Assembly (NCBI GenBank): GCA_964016885.1 | Contig: CAXHJY010000551.1 | Coordinates: 1-64,000 of the forward strand | Source: Eledone cirrhosa | Taxonomy: Eukaryota | Length of the DNA stretch: 64,000 nt | Direction: 5' to 3' | Shown: one piece after another, positions 1 through 14,734 of the stretch | How positions within the stretch are numbered: the stretch's first letter is position 1 | Layout of the letters: every line of letters begins with the position of its first letter | Program-made: the position numbers and the translations under genes | Notes under the pieces: model-generated | The model's input: only the letters and a program-made list of their open reading frames with translations | What the model was told of the DNA's origin: nothing | Database searches by the model: none

Positions 1-30
1 TTAACCCAACAATTTAAATATAACTTTCCA
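1..30 (+). mobile_element. 3' tail end of PLE-like family C insertion (runs off the window start)
   Basis: ttaacccaacaatttaaatataactttcca is identical to the end of the family C copy at 33483-33512 and is followed by TA/CA repeats. Confidence 0.75.
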
Positions 31-296
31 TACATATATACATACATATTTGCGCGATTCTCTATGATTACAATAGTCGAAAAAACAATGCTCTTTATAT
101 TTTATCAGTTGAATATCTGTAAAATAATTCTATATAAGATGGGCCGCTACTCAATTTTCATCTGCTACCAAATTATATTCAAACCGTATCAATAATGGAA
201 TACATTTGTTGAAGTTGTCATGTGCTACGCAATCAGATCGAAGCCGGAAATACGTAGTTGAGAAGCGAATATTTTACCTACATATCCATGTCTGCG

Positions 297-346
297 ACCC
301 TGACATGCTTGTCTATATATAGAGAGAGAGACAAGCATGTCAGGGT
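297..346. repeat. Perfect 18-bp inverted repeat around a (TA)(GA) loop
   Basis: accctgacatgcttgtct (297-314) / agacaagcatgtcagggt (329-346). Confidence 0.9.
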
Positions 347-1020
347 ATATATAATGTGTGTGTAAATTAATACGTCAGGTTTTCTGAAACATTGTGTTCA
401 GCATCAGAGACAGGAAGAGCATAGAGAGAAATGGGCTTATGTAAACATTGCTAATAAGTATATATTATTAAAGTAACACAATTTTATGCCTATTACTTAT
501 TTACATTCGGAGGGAAGTCATTAGTAAATTGACACCGGAGAAAGAATTTTGAGAGGAGGCGATTGGAATTCGACGATATTGCAATAAATTGAGGTTGGTT
601 ACATGTCTGACAACATATTCAAACTCTTCCACGACATATAAGTGATATACATACATTAATTAAAATAGATGTTTGTGGCTTTAGAATCAACTGTTTACAC
701 TGATAGAGCAGCAATAAAGTGATCGCTTGCCTTGTTTCACACGATTCAGCTATTTATTTTGATGCTTTTTTTTCTTTGAATATATTTTAATACATGTTCT
801 GTAAGAAATAGCTTCATTGGCAACATGATTTTTCAACAGACTATCTATTGATTAGTAACATTTCTGATGGTGAGAACAGGAATAGGTTTGGAGTGGCTAG
901 CTGTGCAAAGATCGAGAAAACCACAAATCAGAGTAATACCTGATGTATAACGAGAGTACACTGGTGTTTTTGTGGTTTTATGTTGTTATCTCGCAAATCT
1001 CCTTGGAAGGAACTCTTGGA

Positions 1021-3195
<2,175 letters not shown>

Positions 3196-4529
3196 AGAAA
3201 CAGACACATACAGAAATACACTCAATAAGAGGACGGAGGACAAATAAAAAAGCAAAAAAAAAACTAATAAGAAATATAGGTACAGATAAACTATTTTGTT
3301 TGACGCTCCCTTCAATCGCCAATGACTTGCACTCCAAATTAATTATGGTGCTCTTTTTCATAAGCTGTGCATTTATTTCCACGAATGAGCGGCCTTATTT
3401 CCATAATAATCATCTGACATGGTTTGCATGCATGCATAATCCTGTAACTCCTGAGGGAGTCGTATGGATGCTGTATTGACATACGATGTTTTAAGGACAT
3501 TTTATAACCTGGTGAAGCCTATCTCCTCTCCAGGCCTGAATACATCAGATTTCTTCAAGAGAAAGATAGGGTAAGGAAGAGGATGGAAGTGAGAAAGAGA
3601 TATAGAGGGAGAAACAACCCCAGTACTAGACTGGTAATTTTATTATTGACCTTGAATGGATGAAAGACAGAAGTTGACCTCGGTGAAAGGAATATCGCAA
3701 AGCATTTTATCCGACGTTCTAACGACTTTGCCAATTCACCGCTTTCTGTAATGGTTTATTACAGTTAAATTAACTTGAATAACTCTACAGATATGTATTA
3801 ATGACCGTATGTGTGTTGTGTATGCACGTATTTGTACGCATGTTGCAAAGAGTATAGAATTTCCTTTCTATCGTTGATTAGGAAATATAGGTTGTTCGCT
3901 TTCATCTCAATTTGATCATTATTCTTAATATTATCTTTAGCAATTTTATGAGGGCGGCCAGTTAGCAGAATTGTTATAGTGTCGTATATAATGATTTGCG
4001 GCATTGTTCCTGCTTTTTACATTCTGAGTATATATTCGCCCGAGGCCAAGGTTGCCTACCATACCTCCGGAGCGATAGATTGAATTACCAGTCAAATACT
4101 TGAATGAATATAATCGACATTCCCCTCCCAAAACAATGCAGGTCTTGTGCCTAAATCAGAAACCATTATTACTTCTCTGACAATGGTTAAGACATTTTAC
4201 GTTGAGAGGTGAAATCACGCTTATATTAACATACTTTTCATCCTTCCAGAGTCTATGAAATAATTGTTTCTACTTTTGGTACAAGGCCAGCAATTACTCA
4301 GTGCATTACTGGTACTTTATTTTATCGACATAATGTATACATTTTAGAACAGGGGTCGATATAATCGACTTTCTCTCTTCCCTCAAAATTCTGGCCTGGT
4401 GCTAATGTTAGGAACAGATATCATCTAAACAAAACCTGTACTAAACTCCTACACCATCACCAAATTTGCAGTCTGTGAGAAATTTCAGAAACACAACTCT
4501 CACATAGACATGGAAGAGTTCCGTGTGTG

Positions 4530-4613
<84 letters not shown>

Positions 4614-5029
4614 GTATGTGTGTGGATTTTAATTTCGTCTGAAGAATAAGGGTACAGTCGACACTGTCAATTTCAGAGCAGGTGACAGGCTACTGCCTAC
4701 TCTCTTGTCAAAGTTTCTAGTAACACGGTCTTAGTGACATATTAGTCTGCGAAAATTGATGAGCCTTATATATATGCTGGAATACTTCTCATATATCTAA
4801 TAACAACTCTCCACTAACTAAATAGACAAACATACATAGATAAAACACAGACACGCATGCACGCAATCTCACAAGGGTTTACTCATACTACGCCATATTT
4901 AAACACCAACAATAAAACAGCTACGTTCCTTTCATGAATTGCAAAGGATAACAATCGTTATTGATGAGGGTGGACCCTAACTTGTGCCTTTCACAGGTTT
5001 CAGATTACCAATACATTGAGATAAGAAAA

Positions 5030-5740
5030 GCTATACGATACATACGATATGATACAATTGATTAGACATGATAGATAAGGTAAGATATGAGATAGGTGAG
5101 AGGAAATAAGATAATTTAAAATAGATACGATGAGATAGGATAAATAAAAGATAGAGAACTTTTTTCACAAGATTAAACGAAATAAGATAGATAATATATG
5201 ACATATAAGCAAAAATATGAAATATATGATTTTACGCGGGTCGTCTGAAAAGTTCATAGCCTGACCAAGATACTATCTTGGAATGACCAAATGGAGTTTA
5301 TTTTTTAACATAGTTTCTGGAAGGAGAACAATACAGTTATTAACAAGAAGAGTTAAAATTAATTGTTTCTACTTTAGGCACAAGGCCAGCAATTATCCAG
5401 TGCATTACTGGTACTTTATTTTATCGTTTAGAGTTAAAATTAATGCTTGCAAGATTGCACAGCTCTAGCCACACTCATTCATAGTCAGCCTATAAACTTT
5501 TCTGCCGACTCCCGTATACATTAGATGAATTAGATAAGATGAGCTAATTGAGGTAGATAAGTTATGATATATAAAATGCGATATGAGTTCTAAGTTATGA
5601 GGCAAAATATCAGATAAATGAGGCAACATTCATGTGATAAGATAAGATAAAATATGACATAAATGAGACCTTATGAGATGAATATGACAAGAAAGATAAG
5701 ATATGTAATACAGATAATTAAGTTAGATGGAAATAAGTGT
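5030..5740. repeat. Degenerate (AGATA)n pentanucleotide tract interrupted by a MITE
   Basis: Recurrent gataa/gatag/gatat units on both sides of 5235-5514. Confidence 0.7.
5235..5514. mobile_element. Tc1/mariner-type MITE with a nested SINE fragment
   Basis: TIRs cgcgggtcgtctgaaaagttcatagcctgac / gtcagcctataaacttttctgccgactcccg with TA on both flanks; the nested SINE-A 3' piece is bounded by a 15-bp TSD agagttaaaattaat (5349-5363, 5430-5444). Confidence 0.85.
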
Positions 5741-6229
5741 AATTTTCCTTCGTTTGTAGTAACTTGTTTGTTTGTTCGTTGTTTTTCTGAAAAACAAATC
5801 ACTTGTGTTCCAATGCCTTGCAGTAAAGAGGAGCGTTAAGATAACCTACTGGATGTAAACATAACTCTGAAGCTAAAGAAGTTTATTTCCGATTTGGATC
5901 CCACATCAAGGCACTTTATGTAAATGATTTCTACTATTGCTTCGAGTATTATGAGTAAAATTGAGCAGGAAAAAAGTGTGGATTTCTGTCAAATAAGCTT
6001 TAACCGTTCATGAGTGGCAGACATAATCCCTCATCTGATTTAACACCAATTTTCAGTATAATTTTTCTTATATTTTGCATCTAACCTACATTATTTCAAG
6101 TTCTTCATTTTTGTAAAAACGAAAGGTTGGGTAGGGATTAGGCACATTTTATTTGCTTAATAACCATGTTTAGGGCTTCATATTTAGCTCATAAGATTGA
6201 TGTTAAACACACACTCTCAGACACACCTA

Positions 6230-6425
6230 CGAGGGTCGACTGAAAAGTGCATAGGCTGTGACTCTGAAGGAGCGATTATAGAGCTGGGAAATCTTGTATG
6301 CATTAATTACAACTCTTCTTTTTTGTAACTGCATTGCTCTTTCCAGAGACTATGTTAAAAATAAACATATTTTGGTCATTTCATGAGAGTATCTTTGTCA
6401 GTCTATGAACTTTTCAGCTGACTTG
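6230..6425. mobile_element. Second copy of the same mariner-type MITE, opposite orientation
   Basis: TA-cgagggtcgactgaaaagtgcataggctg ... gtcagtctatgaacttttcagctgacttg-TA; the internal sequence is the reverse complement of the 5235 copy. Confidence 0.8.
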
Positions 6426-6839
6426 TAATTACACCTATAACTCATCATATAGAATTATATCTCCTTAATTCGGTATAAAAAATCTACTATTAGACGCAAT
6501 TCTTGATAATTACTATTGTAGGTACATCTCTAATATGTATGTCAGTAGCGTATGATATAAGGCAGAACTCACTGCTGTTTCTAGCAGGTCTCACAACAAT
6601 AAGGTTCGGGATACCAACACGTTTATTATTCATTCATAAGTTTGATACGATTGAGCAGAGACATGTGATCAAAGGTGTCCCTGCTATGACGACCCTAACT
6701 TTTATTTTTGGAAGGGGGACTAGAAGAAGAAATGTGACTACCTATTCTAGATTTTCTGGAGACAACTTTCTTATGTCATTCCTTACCGATTATTTAAATA
6801 TGATATCCAATCGGATATTTCATCGACTCCATATGTGTG

Positions 6840-7275
6840 TCTCCAAGAAGTCACACAGTTGCTAGAAGTAGCAACCAACTCACCCGCACCCCCCCCTCCT
6901 CATCTTTTTTCCTTAGAATATAGAAAAACACACTGTAGTTCTAGATATGCAACAAATAGGATGGCCATGGATGAAACGACATTGATTAAGTCTCTTGTAT
7001 CAGGGTTAATCTAAGGCACCAGCACCACCAACAGCAACAGTAAAATCGTTTAAATGAGCCAACACAGAAGCCCCTGTTTGCTCACTTGAACTGATAAATA
7101 TTACACCCAGAAGCTTAAAATCCTGCCAAACAGTATTTTGTTTTTAAAGGACTCTAAATAATGGTGATAGTAGATAATACATTGTGTCTGAATATAAGAT
7201 GAAATGGTCAAAACCTGAGTGCTTTTCCCCCTAAATAGGTATATTCGATGAGGTGTGACTTGTTACCTAACAACA
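6840..7275 (+). mobile_element. Two tandem degraded copies of a SINE-like family ending gctaaacaacaac (family S3)
   Basis: Shared motifs ctgctagaaatagcagccaaatctc, gttctagata and an (AAC)n tail, also seen at 16210-16455, 23560-23875 and 47260-48130. Confidence 0.55.
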
Positions 7276-7284
7276 ATATAAATG

Positions 7285-7680
7285 TTTTCTAACTTAGGCA
7301 CAAGATCAACAATTTGTTGGGGTTTTATTCGGGGTGGGGGGGGGGGGGCACCACAATACCTGGCTGGTACTTCATTTTATCCACCATGGATGAGGGAAAG
7401 GCAAAGTTGACCTCGGTGGAATCTGATCTTAGGACGTGAAGAGTCCGAAAAATTACAACAAAGCATTATTTGCTCAACACTGTAAACATACCGGCAAGAA
7501 GGCCAGCAATTTGGTGGAATAAGTCGAATATATCGATCCCATACTTAACTGGTACTTTCATTCTATCGACTCCCGGAAGGATGAAAGGCAATGAGACTTC
7601 TGCAAAATTTGAACTCAGAACGTAAAGAACCATAACAAATAACATAAGGCATTTTCCCGACGCTCTAGCAATTCCACCAT
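7285..7680 (-). mobile_element. Two adjacent degraded tRNA-derived SINE-A copies
   Basis: ctggtactt...ggatgaaaggcaa...tttgaactcag core matches 11520-11705; further copies at 3615-3745, 3990-4170 and 4260-4420. Confidence 0.7.
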
Positions 7681-8049
7681 AGAAATAATAACAATAATAA
7701 CACACACATATGCACACACATTAACAATGAAAAAAAAAACTTACTGCTGCCTACTTAATATCAAAACCCCACTCATCAAAAGTCTACACAAAACTAGCAA
7801 AAGGTTTAAACACTCTCTTATCACATCTCTCTGTTTCTAGACCTCTCTGTCCTCAACACTGTCTGTCTTCACCTCCGCTCTCTCACATATTTCTCTATCG
7901 TTGCTACAGCGACCTCTGCTCCAACGAAATGATAACACCTTACTGATAAGCTCTATATTAGATTCATTTCACACATAACTAAAATAAAATACACACAAAC
8001 AACTAACGTCCGTATCATTGTTATAATTCTTATTAATCATGAAGGCGGA

Positions 8050-8062
8050 GATATATATCTGC

Positions 8063-8108
<46 letters not shown>

Positions 8109-8134
8109 GTGTGTCTATTTATCTATCTATCTAT
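8050..8134. repeat. (TATC)n microsatellite; further tracts at 8556-8598 and 9865-10030 flank the Tx1 copies
   Basis: Read directly. Confidence 0.9.
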
Positions 8135-8553
8135 GGCTATCGCGAAAGAGGTACTATCGTGAACGGGGTTAAAAGGACTGAGGGCAAACACCTTTCTCTC
8201 CGGACAACACCTTATCCCCTTCTTAAGTACCACTTCAGAAGGAAAGTGAGAGTGGAGAGAGAGGTGCTACACCCCAGTAAATTCGCCGAAAAGTGGGTGA
8301 ATGTGTCGAAAATGGCCCGAGTGAATGGGCCTTCTCTTTATATAAACCTGTAGGTTGAGAAAGATAAACAGAGGGAGGACAGGAACACCTACAAAACGTG
8401 TTCCTGGTGTTGAGGGTTGTTCTATCCACAGGTTGTAAAACAACCCTGCAGTAACATTCCCCCTACTGGGGATTTCAATTGTTATTTTATTATATATAGT
8501 TTATTGTTATTTATTAATGTCCCATTTGTACGCCTCTGTGGCAAATAAAGAAA
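8135..8553 (+). mobile_element. 5'-truncated, degraded L1/Tx1 retrotransposon 3' end
   Basis: Encodes KYHFRRKVRVEREVLHPSKFAEKWVNVSKMARVNGPSLYINL*, homologous to the 8603 ORF end; the 3'UTR ends aataaagaaa directly before (TATC)n. Confidence 0.85.
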
Positions 8554-8555
8554 GA

Positions 8556-8598
<43 letters not shown>

Positions 8599-8600
8599 AT

Positions 8601-9864
8601 TTGTGATAGCGTCCGTCACTTACTACCGCCTGACTGTCGTGCCTTGCCCTAAGGAAACACTCACCACCATGGAACGCATGCTCTTCCAATTTCTTTGGAA
8701 GAAGCGTCCTCCTATGGTGAGAAGATCCATCTGCTGCCAACAACCTTCGAAAGGAGGGCTGGGGATGCCGTGGTTGATGATGCGTAGGCACGCATTAAGG
8801 CTACGGCACCTACAGGTATTCCTCACTGGTCAACCGGTGTGGGCTCCGTTCGTGAAACGAGCCTTTCCGAGACTCGTCTCGCTCACCGAGCTACAGTCCT
8901 GGGTCAAGCAAAGATCCGGAAAACTGGGAGACTGGCACACTGAGTGTGCTCAGGCGCTCAGGGCTCTCTGGCAAGCGGGCCAGGCCATCGGTGGAGAATC
9001 CACCTCAGCATTCTATAGAGGGCTGGTGGCTAGCAGGGGCGATGACACCCTTGGAGAGTCGCTGGACATGGAAGAAGACGAACTGGCCAGCCTGTTCGGT
9101 AGGACTTTCGGCCCAGGACCAATGGACAACTTCCAGAAGTCACTGGCCTGGCAGTGCTACCGGGGGGCTCTACCCGTTCGAGAGAGGCTCTACAGACACG
9201 GGCGCCCGGGCAGGGATCCCTCAAAAAAGAGTTGCCCTAGATGCGTGCGTCGCGAAGAAACCGTTGCGCACGCATTGGTGCAATGTCCGGGCGTGGCTGA
9301 TCTGTGGGGCTACGCCGAACGACTGCTGTCGCGGGTCGCGCCGATTAAATTGACTGCCGAGTCCGTGATGACAATCAAACCGCCTCCCCTCTTCACAAAG
9401 GAAGCAAAGGCGGTTTTTCTGTGCGTAATAGCCATGTTGAAAGAGGTTGTTTGGTGGACACGATTGAAAGGTCTGAGGTCAGGCAACTTCCTCTCTGGCC
9501 ATAGTCTGGTCTACTTCTTCCGATATCACTTCGGAAGAAGGATAAGAATGGAGAGAGAGGTGCTTGGCCACAGGCAGTTTTATGAAAGGTGGGTGATAGT
9601 GGCGAGAATGGCTCGTGTAAATGGGCCTTCTCTGTATACCATCCTGTAGGTAAAGAAGTAAAGGAGAGGGGAGCACCTTCTCCATGTGCTCCCCGGGCAA
9701 AGGATTGCACACTTTTTCGGGGGTGTGTGCAACCCCCATCACGTCCCCTCCCTTTTGAGGTTATTTTCGATTATTTTCATGTTACACCCTTTTTACTCGA
9801 TTATATGTAAACTCCCCCTTTGTATTTGTCCCTTCTTTTTATGCCTTTATGGTAAATAAAGAAA
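8601..9864 (+). mobile_element. 5'-truncated L1-clade (Tx1-like) non-LTR retrotransposon in (TATC)n
   Basis: GC-rich island with an open ORF2 C-terminus; 3'UTR 9650-9864 ends aataaagaaa; (TATC)n on both sides. Confidence 0.92.
8603..9649 (+). CDS. C-terminal 348 aa of L1/Tx1 ORF2 (post-RT region and zf-RVT zinc finger); no true start codon
   Basis: FLW...P.V....C.QP..GGLGMP motif, LAW....ALPV, and CPRC-x8-H-x4-C (CPRCVRREETVAHALVQC); frame uninterrupted. Confidence 0.88.
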   Translation: MIASVTYYRLTVVPCPKETLTTMERMLFQFLWKKRPPMVRRSICCQQPSKGGLGMPWLMMRRHALRLRHLQVFLTGQPVWAPFVKRAFPRLVSLTELQSWVKQRSGKLGDWHTECAQALRALWQAGQAIGGESTSAFYRGLVASRGDDTLGESLDMEEDELASLFGRTFGPGPMDNFQKSLAWQCYRGALPVRERLYRHGRPGRDPSKKSCPRCVRREETVAHALVQCPGVADLWGYAERLLSRVAPIKLTAESVMTIKPPPLFTKEAKAVFLCVIAMLKEVVWWTRLKGLRSGNFLSGHSLVYFFRYHFGRRIRMEREVLGHRQFYERWVIVARMARVNGPSLYTIL

Positions 9865-10212
9865 TCTATCTATCTATATTTTTGTTTATCTATCTATCTC
9901 TCTATATATATATGTGCCTATTTGAGATTGTCTGTCTGCCTATCTATGTATCTATCTACCTATCTATTAATCAGTCTATTCTCTGTTTGTCGGTCTGTCA
10001 GCTATCTATCTATCTATCTATTTATCTACCCCTCCCCCTTTCTTTCTTTATCTCTCAGTCTGTCTATATCTGTGTTTACCTATATATTTATCCATCTAAA
10101 AACAAATAAGTAATTATTCTATTGCTCCTTAAATATGTGTGTCATATTGTGTGTTATAACAAGAGGAAATAGTTTCATGTTGACCATGTCTGATATGTTT
10201 TCACTATCCGAT

Positions 10213-10451
10213 TTAACGCTTTTAATACTAATCCGCCCCAAACCGCCACTCGTCCTATAAAACAAAACAACCAATTTTAAAGTTTTCTATTTAAATTAAA
10301 ATCTGCCAGGCTAATTAAATAAATATGAACATTTTGTGAAGTTGTGTTAAAAATACCATTTTAATAATGAATCAATTAATTATCCTTTCAACTTCATGAA
10401 TAAATTAAAATACCGAGTATCTTATTAGAAATATGGTAACGGAGGGGTTAA
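10213..10451. mobile_element. Possible TTAA-bounded (piggyBac-type) MITE, degraded
   Basis: ttaacgcttttaatac ... ggtaacggaggggttaa form imperfect terminal inverted repeats. Confidence 0.4.
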
Positions 10452-10461
10452 ATATTGAATA

Positions 10462-10576
10462 CAGTGGAGCCTCGGTTCACGACATCACAACCTTAATTCT
10501 TTCGTGAAGACCGTTCGTTACCCGAAATGTTCGTAAACCGAAACTATTTTTCCTATTCAAAATGTTGAGAAAGAAA

Positions 10577-10630
<54 letters not shown>

Positions 10631-10849
10631 CTGTGTAAAAAAAACAAATAGATATCACTATAGTAACTAACTATTCGTCAAGTGACCTTTTCCCGCCAAT
10701 AATCCAAGCTTGTTGTCCATCGTTGTCGCCGGCTTGCGTGTTCGTTACTCGAGGCACTATTTGTGAACCGAGACGTTTTTTGTTTGGAAAGATTGTTCGT
10801 GAACTGATTTCTTCCTGATGAGAGACGTTCGTGAACTGAAGTACCACTG
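10462..10849. mobile_element. pogo/Tigger-like MITE
   Basis: TIRs cagtggagcctcggttcacga / tcgtgaactgaagtaccactg; TA on the left; subterminal gttcgt(g/t)aaccga repeats; internal (GA)n. Confidence 0.85.
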
Positions 10850-11519
10850 TGTATAAAATACGATTGAGTTAATTTCTTTACCTAGACGAGAGCATTCCAA
10901 TTTTTCATGTTGGTGACACACCTTTTAGAATAGATATTTTTTCCTGACACATTAAATTTCGTTAGCGAGACATAGATTAAGAAATTCATAAATACAAATT
11001 ACGTACCGTAGCACGGGTCACCAAACACGTGTTCAGTTGTACACAGAGTTGTCAGATCTCAAATATACTTACTTCACATCTAAATATTCATAAAAATCTG
11101 ATTTGAATTTAATTCGTGACACACCCAGAAATTATCGGCAGCACACAATGAGAAAACCTGTCAGATTTATTACATAAACACTTGCTAATATAACTATAGT
11201 ATGCCCCAAGGTTCGATGTTGTCCTCCTCCACCTCCTCCACACACACACACACACACACACTCTTTCTTTCTCTCTCTCTACTAAATGTCAGCGTCCAAT
11301 TTTCCTTTATCTCTAACAACACCCAACCATACACACCTCGCTCCTCCCTAACATTCTGCAACCAACAGTTATGCACATACAACCTAGTCACCTCACATCA
11401 AACCTGCACTGGCTTCATAAAGAAAGACCTTGCCAACATCCTTCAATCTGCTCAGACCGACAGTTTCTTTCAACAACACAATGTCGCAAACATTTCATAT
11501 ACTAAGCAATCATTATTGC

Positions 11520-11705
11520 ATGGATTGGCAGAATCGATAGAGGGACGGACGCCATGCTTTGAAGCATAGAATTACGGCCCTTGCCATTCTGAGTTCAAAT
11601 CCCGCCGAGGTTAACTTTGCCTTTCATCCTTACAGGGTCGATAAAATAAAGTACCAGTAATACACTGGGTAATTGCTGGCCTTGTGCCTAATGTAGAAAC
11701 AATTA
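11520..11705 (+). mobile_element. Full-length tRNA-derived SINE (family A, the most abundant in the window)
   Basis: A-box-like tggattggcagaatcg, B-box gagttcaaatccc, body gttaactttgcctttcatcc...gtaccagt, tail gaaacaattatt; more than 20 copies in the window. Confidence 0.85.
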
Positions 11706-12307
11706 TTGCATCTCAGCTCCCATAAACAAATACAGCACACAATTTTACCATAAATGTCACTACAAATACTATTTCTTACCCGCCCTGAAGATTTCTTCTC
11801 ATGACCTCGTAGACTCAACATACCTACAACTTTATCACAAGAACAGGCCTTCTTCTTCAGAGGCAGAAAATACTTTTACCCCGAATCATCTACCAACATT
11901 CCACAATGCTCATATGCGAACCACTATAAAATACTGCTCATCAACGTCATCCAACTTCTGGTCCACAGTCATACAGTCTCTTCTCCTCCTCGTACGGCCA
12001 TTATATCTCTCCTACATCCACAGTGATCTCTATATCTTAGAGGTGGCTACTATCATGCTAACTTCACTCTGCACTGGACCCGCTAGTCCTCTTTCTTTCG
12101 CCATACATTGTGTCTAGCTACTATATTTAGTCCATACTGATTAGTACACGTGACTCTCACATGTATTTTCCCCTCAACCTTTCACTTGCAACCTTTTAAG
12201 ACGAAGGGCAACTGCATTGATATTGGAAAGTCAGCAAAGTTTATGGGCATGGCAATTTTCTTCAGAGACCAATCTAATTATATTAATATATATATATATA
12301 TATATAT

Positions 12308-12504
12308 AACAAAGAGGGTGTGGTAAGATACCAGGTGGACCATAACGCACCAGAGTACTCAATACTTAGGGTAGTAGAGTGGGTAATAAAAAAAAAGAGC
12401 CAGGACCCCGACGACTGAGCTCCGGCCGTTTCGAAGGCTAGATCCGAACAGTTCGGATCTAGCTGTCGAAACGGACGGAGGTAAGCCGTCGGGGTCCTGA
12501 CTCT

Positions 12505-12508
<4 letters not shown>
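12308..12508 (-). mobile_element. PLE-like fold-back insertion, family B
   Basis: Near-perfect palindrome 12394-12507 plus an ~85-bp tail; (TA)n on both sides; partial hammerhead (GAAAC-stem III-GTC). Confidence 0.75.
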
Positions 12509-12593
<85 letters not shown>

Positions 12594-13097
12594 GTAGGTG
12601 AAATATTTATTCATATCGTTATGCCAACGACAGAGCGAGACAGACAGAATAAGGATACTTGCCAAAGTGAATGATTAAGAAGTTCACTTTGCAATCACCT
12701 AATCGCGTCTTCACTCCCACGTAAGTCTCGTGGAGATTTACCGCAACATACTAAGGTACAATCTATCCGACGAACTCGCCAAATGTTTCTACCTGCCCAA
12801 TTTCGCTCTCAAGTCTTGGGTCGACTAGAAGAAATGATAATCACCTAAAATATCACGAAGTGAGATCTACCGGTTGTAAAGTGAACATTTTAACTAGTCG
12901 GCTATGCTGCATCCCAGTTATCAAAGACACAACTAAGTTAAAACAGGAAATAATACAACAATTAATTCTTGTGTGTAATATAAATCTAAAACCACGGATA
13001 ATAGTTCGAGGCCGTATCAAAACGTATCCAACCATGCAATGTCTGATTTCAGAGGTCCAACATATATATTCGGATACAGATGTGATATATATATATA

Positions 13098-13230
13098 TGA
13101 AGTATTACCATAGGAAAAGTAAAGGAAAAGAGAGTGCTCTATGTAGGCTACAGAGTTTTATAGTTATGTAATAAACAACATAAGATAATTATTCCTTGTG
13201 CCAGGCTCGTCTGTCTTCGTGAAACATTTG
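13098..13230 (-). mobile_element. PLE-like family E tail fragment
   Basis: Homologous to 62302-62400; abuts (TA)n. Confidence 0.65.
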
Positions 13231-13239
13231 GTAAAAGAA

Positions 13240-13550
13240 ATAATTGTTTCTACTTTAGGCACAAGGCCAGCAATTACCCAGTGCATTACTGGTACTTTAT
13301 TTTATCGATCCCGTAAGGATGAAAGGCAAAGTCAACCTCGGCGGGATTTGAACTCAGATCGTAAAGGGACGTAACTATGCTGGAAAGCATGGCGTCCGAC
13401 CCTCCACCGATACTGCCAATCCACCGAAAAAAATAATTGTTTCTGCGTTAGGCACAAGGCCAGCAAATACCCAGTACATTACTGGTACTTTATTTTATCG
13501 ACGCCGTAAGGATGAAAGGCAAAGTTAACCTAGCAGGATTTGAACCACCG
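13240..13550 (-). mobile_element. Two tandem SINE-A copies (the second is internally deleted)
   Basis: aattgtttct...ggcacaaggccagcaa...gatttgaac repeated at 13241 and 13433. Confidence 0.85.
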
Positions 13551-14361
13551 AAAAGAAATAATGATCTTATGTTGTGTATGTGCATGTGAATGTGTGTGTG
13601 TGAATGTGTGTGTGTGGATGTGTATATTTACGTGTATGTGTATGGATGTGTATGTTGTGTACTTGCATGTGAATGTATATGTATGTGTGTATACGTGTGT
13701 GTGAATGTATATGTACGTGTATGTGAATGTGTGTGTGGATTATGCCTAGTTCCGGCTTGTGTAGATTTAAGCTGACGAGTAACCAATGATCCAGGACACG
13801 CCGCTTGTCAATCGTGAGTAAATTTCTCAGAAGAAAACAAAGTATTTTATAATCTACACCCATGTCTATGTGACCTGAGACGGTATGCATGGTGTTTTAT
13901 AATTGAAGTAGTAGTATTATCATGCTATTTTTTTTATTGAAAAATTTCACCGGTGTTGTGTGAGGGAATAGACATACAAACAAGCAGAAAAAGGAGGGAG
14001 AGAAAGATACATATATATATATAGAAATATACATACACACATCCGCATCTGCATACATACACACACACACGCACAAGTAGAATAACATATTGACGAAACT
14101 GAGTGACAATAACATCAGTCATATATATATATATATATATATATATTCAAATAATTTTTTAGTGGATTTACCTGAATTACAACAAATTTGTTAAAGTAAA
14201 TGGAGTGTAGATACAGTATACAGATACACATATACGCATGCATATGTGTATATAAATGTATATACACATACATACATAAACATATATTTATATAAAATAT
14301 ATCTAACGCTATCAGTCTATCTGTCTAACAATCTAACTAAATATCTGTCTGATTATCATAA

Positions 14362-14560
<199 letters not shown>

Positions 14561-14568
14561 CATACATA

Positions 14569-14641
<73 letters not shown>

Positions 14642-14689
14642 CTACATCCAAACCTCTCTCCCTTCCTTCCTACCCTCTCGTTCTCTCTC

Positions 14690-14734
<45 letters not shown>

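Noticed and set aside
860-1020. Possible PLE tail before the giant TA array (CTGATGG..GAAA, GAGTAC at 954)
   Set aside because: Core and ACTC stem are not intact; single copy
11230-12285. C/A-rich stretch that might be a decayed PLE ORF with an eroded hammerhead at ~12198-12235
   Set aside because: No recognisable RT or GIY-YIG motif by eye
12394-12507. Family B, E and F palindromes as MITEs, terminators or miRNA genes
   Set aside because: The asymmetric tail, variable fold-back centre and hammerhead motifs fit PLE-type inversions better
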